A stretch of 64,000 bases of DNA from Hormiphora californensis (lineage: Eukaryota > Animalia > Ctenophora), in contig CM035353.1 of NCBI GenBank assembly GCA_020137815.1, positions 5,766,001-5,830,000 on the forward strand. Direction: 5' to 3'. Within the stretch, counting starts at the first letter, position 1. Each line of letters opens with the position of its first letter. Of the stretch, positions 55,028 to 64,000 are shown one piece after another. The notes beneath the pieces were generated by a model. The model was not told where the DNA came from and did no database searches. It saw only the letters and a program-made list of their open reading frames with translations. The position numbers and the translations under genes were made by a program.

Positions 55028-56833
55028 ACTCTCTGACTCCATCTATCTCTATACTATCTCAACCAACAAGGAAATGCTGCTGCCTCAATATACATATTGT
55101 GTTTTGAAAATACCGGCAGCCTTTTACCATTTTTCACACAGAGAAACACCGATATATTATAATATCGGCTTTATAAGTTTTAATCGTAGATAATGATATC
55201 GCAGATCAAATTGGTTACGATGTCACAACTATTATTGCATAGATAGGGTAAGCTGGGGTGAAATGGCCCACGGGGTAATGTGGCCCATGTATGGGGCAAA
55301 GTGGCCCTATTAATAATATGTGGTCACGTGACTTTTTCTCCAGCGGAGACCTGCTCGTTCTGTTCCGAATTTTTGCTTTAAAACTGCTGTCATTTCTGTT
55401 TGGGTTGGCCGATTTTAATGTTGCAAAAACTGCCAGTTAGGCTTTATATGTAATTCTCTAAAACGTGGTATAAAAATTTTGAAGAAATTGGCATTTTTTT
55501 GTCTTAATTGTCAATTTTGTGAAATCGGGGCAGTTATTGCCCACTCTCCGGGGCAAAGTGGTCCGGTCTGGGGCAAAGTGGCCCACCTCTATAAGGACCA
55601 ATGAAATGGCGCCTGCAATACCACGTGACATTGGGATGCACAAAAATATAGTCCAGACGGTCAAATTAGGGGCAAAGTGGCCTATGTTCCGGTGCAGAAC
55701 ATGGGCCACTTTGCCCCTAATTTGATCGTTTCGTCTAACAACACCAGGCACGTGATAAAATCGAGCAATGCCATTGGCTTGGGCCACTTCGCCCCGGTGC
55801 AAATTTTCCAAAAAAAGGATTAATTAACCCATTTAGGTGCGGGGCAAATTTTAGGCAGCGATTGTGGCCACATTTTTTGAGATATCGACCTGAAATTTTG
55901 TAGGCATGTTCTAGTAGTATATACCCTGCTAACTTAAATAACCCGCCAGCGGCGAGAAGTCCCACTGGCGCGCTCTCAATATACAGCCAGTCCAGCGGCA
56001 GATTATTTCCCACTGGCTGGCTGTTTATTATTAACTCCTATGTTACATTCAAAGTGTGTGTAAATGATCAGTTCTTACTGAAATACAGAGGGAACACTGT
56101 TTGCAAGAGTTACACACTGCATTGGAGAGAAAGAAACAACACATTCCGTCAATTTCTCTTTCTTTATCTCCCCTTTTGTTTCACTATCTCAATTCCTCTG
56201 TGTTATGTCTGGCATGCCCCATATCTTGTTATTTCTTTCTCTCTCTCCTTAGTAACTGTTACCAAACAATATACACTCAATTGAGAGATGTTTTTGACTG
56301 GTTCTCAGTTCTCTTTGTGTGTTTTGATTAGTGTTCTCTCTCTTGTTAGTGTGTAATACTTGAAACAAACAACTAAAGCAGGGTATATAACCCATAAACT
56401 CTGACCAATGGCACGTTATTGGTTTAAACCCCTCCGCCTCTCCCTCGGCTACGCCTCAGGATCGTCGTCGTGATTTAAACCAGTTTATCCGCCACTGGCG
56501 GATAAACTACAGCTACCTTCTCCCAGCGGCGCGCTGGGAGAAAGGTATCTGAAATAACGTGCCAGTGGCCAGAGTTTATGCCTCATATAACTACGAGTCT
56601 TAGTGGAGCCGGATTTTTGATTTTTTTTAATTAATTAATTGATTATAGGCAATTAAAATTCAGTGTTTTACTGTTTTAGCGTGCCCTCAAGGTAGGGGTA
56701 ATTGCGTTACCGACTCTGTATAATAAATGGTAGAGAGCTGCCGATAGCTTCAAAACACAATAATTGTATTGAGGCTGCACCATTTCCTTGAAGCAGTGGT
56801 TGAATAATATAGAGATAAATGGAGTCAGAGAAG
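55028..56833. mobile_element. Degenerate TIR element hosting nested inserts
   Basis: TCTCTGACTCCAT.TATCTCTATA..AAGGAAATG..GCCTCAATA at the left, inverted at 56768-56832. Encloses GGGGCAAAGTGGCC repeats (55245-55850) and the 55918-56589 element. Confidence 0.6.
55918..56589. mobile_element. Non-autonomous ~670 bp element, Helentron/DINE-1-like structure, copy 2 (nested)
   Basis: Same-orientation copy of 264-935, bounded by TATA on both sides, lying inside an older repeat. Confidence 0.75.
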
Positions 56834-57206
56834 GTATACTGTACCTAAGCTAGCAAATCATGTAAAAATAATGCTCCCTACAAGCGTCTCTGTATGTAGG
56901 GTAGACCGGGGTAATTTGAACGGTGGGGCAATGTAGTCACAGGATAAAGGACACCTCGAGAGATGTACCAGTAAATAAGTTAGTCACTTACAAATGATTT
57001 CTCAGCCGAAAATGGGTTTTCGCGAAACTTCGAACTTCGAACTTCAGTGTGTGTCGCGAGGTTGAGATTTGAACTTCAGTGTGTCTCGCCCCTCTTACCC
57101 TTTGAAGGGCCTAAAAACCCAAATTTTAATCAATTATTTTGAACACTACATCGTAACAAGCATGCTATTGGAGTCCCAAAAAGCATAGGCTCACGCCACA
57201 TGGATT

Positions 57207-60154
57207 ACCTACAACTATGGCTCATGCAACTATGGCTCATAGAATCTATGAGCCATAGATGCATGCAACTATGGCTCATAGATTCTATGAGCCATAGATG
57301 CATACAACTATGGCTCATAGAAATGTGATCTGATTAGGTTCTAGTGAGAGTGAGAGGGACGTAAGTGACACGTGAGTGACACGTGAGTGACACGTGAATG
57401 GCACGTGAGAGATCGAATCATATAATATTGAATGAGCACAATATGAATAATGAGCACAAATGTAAACGATTTACATAATAATAAATCTAATATTACATAA
57501 TTAAAATTACACTATCAGTTCATCTTGGATATAATGGTAAAAGGGGTCCTTCTTTGGACAGTTCATAGAGCTTTTCACGTGAATCAGCAGCTCCTTAACA
57601 CGACGTTTATTCAAATCTATGATCGGGTAGGTACTTAACAGCCGCCTTGCATTATCACTATCAGGATCCACAGTAAAAAACTCTCCAACAGGTCTGATTT
57701 TCGAGAAAGTAGTATAGGTAGGATGTTCCCAGAAATTGCCTGGCTAAAGTTTGTGATCTTTCACACTCTTCCAAAACCTCCCGGTACTCGTTGAACGTTG
57801 TAGTATTGTTAGTGACGTCGATAACAATTATAGCTAGTGAATCCACTAACAAATTCTAATGAGCGGGATGGATATGTGACAGTGTCACATATCCACCCCC
57901 CTTACTGACACGATTCTGGGATGCGTCATTAGCAGAGTGAAACGATACGAGATACGAAACTTATGATTCGGGGGAGCTCATTAGCAGTGTGAGACGATAC
58001 GGTATATGGAACATGATTCGGGGAAGCTTATTAGGAGTGTTAGACGATATGAGACACGATTCGGAGAATGTTTTATCGCTCTTTCTATATATCTCTATCT
58101 CTTTTTGTCAATTATCTTGAGAACCAGATGAGATACCTACCCATACTAATGCGAGGAAGCTACAAACTTTGGTGCCCTTTTTTTTGTCCATACTCCTTTT
58201 CCTTTTTTTATCTGGATGTCGGCTCAGCCCCGTTGTTTTTATATATTAGGGGGATATGTTGTTGTTTTAGATGGAATTTGGTCTGTTTGGCAAGACTCGA
58301 AAATAAATAAAACCCAACGCATTCCATCTAAAACAACATATCCTCCTAAAAACAATGAGGCGAGCCGATAGGCTCTTATTACCAAAAATAAGGGCACTAA
58401 ACTCACCAAGTGTGTAGCGTCAGCTCGCATTATAGTATTAAGTATAATGGTAGGCACCTCATCTGGTTCTCAAGTCCCAGATAATTGACAAAAAGAGATA
58501 GAGATCGATAGAGATAGAGATAGATAGAAAGAGCGATAAAACATTCTCCGAATCGTGTCTCATATCGTCTAACACTCCTAATAAGCTTCCCCGAATCATG
58601 TTCCATATACCGTATCGTCTCACACTGCTAATGAGCTCCCCCGAATCATAAGTTTCGTATCTCGTATCGTTTCACTCTGCTAATGACGCATCCCAGAATC
58701 GTGTCAGTAAGGGGGGTGGATATGTGACACTGTCACATATCCATCCCGCTCATTAGAATTTGTTAGTGGATTCACTAGCTATAATTGTTATCGACGTCAC
58801 TAACAATACTACAACGTTCAACGAGTACCGGGAGGTTTTGGAAGAGTGTGAAAGATCACAAACTTTAGCCAGGCAATTTCTGGGAACATCCTACCTATAG
58901 GGGGGGGGTTCCAACCTATTTTTTTGTATTTTTTTGTATTTTTTTGTACGGACCATACATAAAAGTATCCAAAATTCCTGTTTTTTTCCATACAAACAAT
59001 ACAAAAAAATACAAAAAAATACAAAAAAATAATGAAGGATTTGGGTGCGTGAAAAAAGTATAAATAATACATGTACATGAACATAAACGGAACCCAGCTA
59101 TACATAAACGGTAAGAAATTGCGATTCGGGGAAATTTCTCGCTTAGAAAATACGATTCGAGAAAATTTTCTCGGTAAGAAATTGCGATTCGGGGAAATTT
59201 CTCGCTTAGAAAATACGATTCGAGAAAATTTTCTCGGTAAGAAATTGCGATTCGGGGAAATTTCTCGCTTAGAAAATACGATTCGGGAAAATTTTCTCGG
59301 TAAGAAATTGCGATTCGGGGAAATTTCTCGCTTAGAAAATACGATCCGAGAAAATTTTCTCGGTAAGAAATTGCGATTCGGGGAAATTTCTCTCGCGATT
59401 TTGGCATGCTACATATGTAAAATATGTATATATTTTGTGCTAAATTGCGTGAAATAGCGTGGAAGAATGTTTAAAAACAGTAAAAGTTCGAACAATAATG
59501 GTAAATTACCATATAAAACTGTTTTTATTTTTTTGTATTTTTTTGTACTTTTTTGTATTTTTTTGTATTTTTTTGTATTTTTTTGTTTGAGGAAAGCCCT
59601 GTTTTTTTCCGTACAAACATACAAGAAATAGGTTGGAACCCCCCCTACCTATACTACTTTCTCGAAAATCAGACCTGTTGGAGAGTTTTTTACTGTGGAT
59701 CCTGATAGTGATAATGCAAGGCGGCTGTTAAGTACCTACCCGATCATAGATTTGAATAAACGTCGTGTTAAGGAGCTGCTGATTCAATTTCACGTGAAAA
59801 GCTCTATGAACTGTCCAAAGAAGGACCCCTTTTACCATTATATCCAAGATGAACTGATAGTGTAATTTTAATTATGTAATATTAGATTTATTATTATGTA
59901 AATCGTTTACATTTGTGCTCATTATTCATATTGTGCTCATTCAATATTATATGATTCGATCTCTCACGTGTCACTCACGTGTCACTCACGTGTCACTCAC
60001 GTCCCTCTCACTCTCACTAGAACCTAATCAGATCACATTTCTATGAGCCATAGTTGTATGCATCTATGGCTCATAGAATCTATGAGCCATAGTTGCATGC
60101 ATCTATGGCTCATAGATTCTATGAGCCATAGTTGCATGAGCCATAGTTGTAGGT
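57207..60154. mobile_element. Large foldback element (~940 bp arms) nested in a TTAA-type palindromic element (57103-60655)
   Basis: ACCTACAACTATGGCTCAT..ATGAGCCATAGTTGTAGGT; arms ~57207-58150 and ~58440-60154, the latter interrupted by an insertion. Host ends AAGGGCCTAAAAA.. / ..TTTTTAGGCCCTTTAA. Confidence 0.88.
58900..59645. mobile_element. 746 bp MITE with 8 bp TSD (TACCTATA), poly-G termini and internal 63 bp tandem repeat
   Basis: TACCTATA|GGGGGGGGGTTCCAACCTATTT..AAATAGGTTGGAACCCCCCC|TACCTATA. The empty site is visible in the opposite arm (~57712-57720). 63 bp unit x ~4.5 at 59109-59392. Confidence 0.92.
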
Positions 60155-60952
60155 CACCCGCCACATGGACCCCAGGTGAGCCCAGGGGGAGTCCCTCAAG
60201 TTGGGGCCCATTTGGGGTCCCCTTGTAAACGCGCTTGTACTCCTTGAAATGCTAACAATATGATCCTCTCTCAAATATAAAATTTAGGGTAGAAATGATC
60301 CTTGTGTTTTAGTAGATTTCATAATCTTTCTCATCAATTATTATTTAAGCCTATCAAAACTAGGAGAAAAATTACCAGAATACAGAGACAAGAAAGATTA
60401 TGTACTCACCTGTAACACAAGGATAAATTTACCCAAAACTTCAAATTTGAGAGAGGATAATATTGTTAGCATTTCAAGGAGCACAAGCGCGTTTACAAGG
60501 CGACCCCAACTGGGCCCCAACTTGAGGGGCTCCCCCTGGGCTCACCTTGGGTCCGTGGGGCGTGTACCTATGTTTTTTGGGACTCCAATAGCATGCTTGT
60601 TACGATGTAGTGTTCAAAATAAATTAATAAAATTTGTGTTTTTAGGCCCTTTAACGCTCTCTCTCTCACTCTCCTTCTGTATATTATTTATTATGGCTTG
60701 ATTGCCATGACAGAGAAGAAATAGGTCGTGTGATTTATTAACTAAATTAAGGTATCATTGTGAAAATACAAAAGCAACAATTCACAACCATAAAAAACTC
60801 AAACTCTACATTAAAAGCAACATTAAAATACTTGATATAGTCTTTGTATACACTAGTCTCACAAGGCTGGAGTGTACAATCTCTGAACATTGTCTGACTG
60901 GCTAGTTACACATGGTGGGACTGATCCCACTATATTATTGCTTCATATCACC

Positions 60953-62106
60953 TCATTTTGGCCTGACCACGATGAAGATGCCTATCATGCTCATTAACAC
61001 GGCCATGCCAGTTACGACAATAATCGTCTCCCAGGCAACCACGGTATAGACAAAATACCAAGTCATTGCTGCTAGGTTCATTACGCAAGACATCACGCAG
61101 AAAATAACCTGAAAATATGGGGGTGTTTAGAGCTGCTGGAATACGTATATTATGCGGACCAGATCGAGATAAAAAATATTACTGAAACGGGAGTAATTAA
61201 TTGATTATTTATATCAACTTACTTCACTGCGTTCTGAAAATAGGCGTCCAATGATGGTGCTGAGAGCTGTGTTGTTCCCCGCATCGCTGACCCCATAGGC
61301 CACTGCCACAGCAATAGTAAGAGCAAGGGTCGGCGGGTCAGTGTTCTCTCCCGACTAGGTTAGGGAGGAGGAGGTTAGGAAAGAGGAGAGGTTAGGGAAG
61401 AGAGGTTAGGGAAGAGGAGAGGTTAGGAAGAGGAGAGGTTAGGAAGAGGAGAGGTTAGGGAAGAGGAGAGGTTAGGGAAGAGGAGAGGGTAGGGGAGAGA
61501 GGTTAGGGAAGAGAGGTTAGGGAAGAGGAGAGGGTAGGGGAGAGAGGTTAGGGAAAAGGAGAGGTTAGGGAAGAGGAGAGGTTAGGGAAGAGAGGTTAGG
61601 GAAGAGAGGTTAGGGAAGAGATGTTATGGAAGATGAGAGGTTAGGGAAGAGAGGTTAGGGAACGAGGAGAGGGTAAGGAGGAGAGGTTTATAGCTATATA
61701 TAGGGAAGATGAGGTTATGGAGGAGAGGTGAGGGAGGAGAGTTTAGGGAGGAGAGGTTAGGGAGGAGAGGTTAGGGAGGAGAGTTTAGGGAGGAGAGGTT
61801 AGGGAGGAGAGGTTAGGAAGGAGAGGTTATTATGGAGGAGAGGTTAGGATATCTGTACAATATCTAGCATGGTATACAAGGTACATTTTGTGTTTTTTTC
61901 TCCCTCTCTCTCTCTCTCTCTCTTACCCCAGGAATAGTCATGTAGGTGAGGAGAAGTGAGATGATTGCTAGACAGCCCGCCAGAATGGTCACCAGGACAT
62001 AACCAAATACGGTTATTAGTCGGCCCAGCACAATGGATCCCACCAGCTCTCCAACTCCAACCATACATCCAAAGAGGAGCAGGTGCTCACCAATCATTGT
62101 TGGAAT
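60953..62106 (-). CDS. UNC-93-like / MFSD11-like MFS membrane protein, last three coding exons (5' part unresolved)
   Basis: Phase-0 exons 62106-61927 (LLFGCMVGVGELVGSIVLG..TYMTIPG), 61354-61223 (VAYGVSDAGNNTALSTIIGRLFSERSE), 61108-60953 (VIFCVMSCV..IFIVVRPK stop). Hydrophobic helices and GxGExxG / GxxDxxxNT patterns resemble UNC-93/MFSD11 C-terminal half. Confidence 0.75.
61357..61848. repeat. 14-17 bp purine-rich minisatellite (GAGAGGTTAGGGAA..)n
   Basis: On the transcribed minus strand it reads (TCCCTAACCTCTCCTC)n and ends in the acceptor CCTAACCTAG of the 61354 exon. Confidence 0.92.
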
Positions 62107-62834
62107 CTAGGATAGCAGGGGATATAAAACTAGGTAATATGTAAACAAAAGTACGGATCTGATTTCGCTTTCAGCATGGAAGCAAATCTCTCCTCTCTTC
62201 TCTCTCTCTCTCTCTCTCTCTCTCCTCTCTCTGCTCCCATTTTCTCTTCCTCTCTCTTCAGAAGAGCGATGTGAGAGAGGGCCAGCAGAGGTCATGAGGT
62301 GTAAAGTGGACAGATGGGTTCAAGAACACCTCCGCTCGGCGGTTTTAAAAACTAAAATTCCTGCAAAATGTGGCGCGCGAATTTTGTTCTCGGCGCGCTG
62401 CGGTGTAACAGTTAAAATCTTTTCAGCGAAAAGTTTTTCTGCCTCGCATTTTGTGATGATTTTCCCCGAAATCGACGAAAAACTTCAAACTTCGTGAAAT
62501 TTTAAGAACTCCAGTCGATCTCATCTGGGTGCGATTATACTCCATTTTTTTTTCAACTGTTCACCCCCCAAAGTCGTACGCGGAATCGTTTTGCGCGCCA
62601 AAAAATTTCTACCATTCCAGTTTTTGGTGGGAACAGTTGGAAAAAAAGAACTTTTTTTTATGTGTGTGTGTCTTGCAAACAAAACCGTACCCCGAACGTA
62701 GACAAAACCCCTAACCCGTCTCGACCGCCGCCAAATCGTATGAATTGTTAGCAAAATGGAGGCACCCAGATTTTTTAACGTTTTCCATCTCATCTGGCCA
62801 ATCCGTTTGTTCTTTTGGGAGCCAACTGGCCAAA

Positions 62835-63735
62835 TAGTCCAGGACCACTATTGGTGCGGCGGGTCGTGCCCACGAAGGAGTGCTTTGGATCATCTTGAAA
62901 AACCGGTTTTTAAGTTCACTAATGCATGCCCAAAGTGCTATAATCTAGAGTGCCCATTTGGGTGATTTCTTTCTGCTGTTCTGGCAAAATCCCATCACGA
63001 GTTATGACCCGAAAATACAGTCAAAAAAGAACGTTTTATTAAATAATAATGACAAAAAGGAGGATCTGAACACAGTGCCCTTATATAAGGGCTGGGGGCT
63101 TTGAAACTTCTTGTGTGGACAGAAGAATCGTCCAAAAATTTGCAGTGTCAACTTTCAGATAGTTTTTCCTATCTTTTGTAGTTTATCTAATTAGCGAGTC
63201 GTTTAAAAAACCATGTGAGACAACCTATATGAACCCTACAAAACAAAGGTGTGATTAGGTGTAACTGCTTTCCGTCTCATATATTGCTTCTCGCTCCGCA
63301 CCACGCTTGGGTGTATAAATACTTTAAAAAAATTCCGCTCTCTATGGGCAATCTCGTCAATTGATCACTTCACAAGCAGTATTATAGGGCCCTTTAGCAA
63401 CTTCTCACATGTTTAAACGACTCTAATTAGATAACTACAAAAGATAGAAACTATCTGAAAGTTGACACTGCAAATTTGGACGATTCTCTGTCCACACAAG
63501 AAGTTTCAAAGCCCCAGCCCTTCATATAAGGGCTGTGTTCAGATCCTCCTTTTTGTCACTTTAAAACGTCTTTTTTGACTGTTTTTCGGTCATAACTCGT
63601 GATTGGATTGTCAGAACATCACCCAAATGACTACAGACACTTTTGGGCATGCATTAGTGAACTTAAAACCGGTTTCAAGATGATCCAATCACTCCTTCCG
63701 TGGGCACGACCGCGCACCAATAGTGGTCCTGACTA
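62835..63735. mobile_element. Foldback element, copy 2 of the 34550-35366 family
   Basis: AAA|TAGTCCAGGACCACTATTGG..CCAATAGTGGTCCTGACTA|AAA. Spacer is inverted relative to copy 1; left arm carries many small insertions. Confidence 0.85.
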
Positions 63736-64000
63736 AAAGGACATCAAGATGCAAATACTGACCAAGTTTCATATCGATAGAATAAGATTTGGGGTGGCTA
63801 CGGTTTCCCGTCCTACAACTATGCGCCACCATTTGTCGGCATATGATTCGAGATCACATTACACATAGTAACTGTGTACCTAGAGCACAAACAGCGGCTA
63901 ATTAGCTCACCAGCTATCTCGTCTCACGTTTCACTGTACAATTCGAAGATCACCTGTCTTCTGATCAGTCGGGACCATGGACAGGGAAATACAGCACTAT

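Noticed and set aside
59109-59392. CRISPR-like periodicity and repeat-protein ORFs
   Set aside because: Units are identical with no unique spacers, no cas genes, eukaryotic context; internal repeat of a MITE.
63908-64000. Possible upstream exon of the UNC-93-like gene
   Set aside because: Donor-like site present but frame could not be established at the window edge.

Overview
Eukaryotic (invertebrate animal; ctenophore-like by inference only) genomic window with GT-AG spliced genes and dense repeats. Manual splicing recovers five genes. (1) A 21-exon membrane-anchored furin/PCSK5-like proprotein convertase (+, 3259-32396) with an intact D/H/N/S catalytic set. (2) An 18-exon, ~1934-aa rhodopsin-class GPCR (-, 48988-35460) with a mosaic ectodomain of two unassigned domains, an F-type lectin domain, three kringles and multiple LDLa-like repeats on a GRL101/RXFP-like 7TM, with no recognisable LRRs. 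(3) A centrin (+, 50312-52071). (4) A small secreted cationic WSC-like protein (-, 54184-53595). (5) The 3' exons of an UNC-93/MFSD11-like transporter (-, 62106-60953). Non-coding DNA holds many non-autonomous foldback/MITE elements with several target-site signatures, nested insertions, Helentron/DINE-like elements and satellites. The most unusual recurring pattern is that intronic tandem repeats are built from splice signals: exon-edge duplications of donors/acceptors, and CTAAC branch-point-like satellites (one ~6.7 kb) that run up to 3' splice sites. Segments ~7440-8845 and parts of 19820-24200 look like base-calling/consensus artefacts. Most ORFs in the supplied track are spurious.
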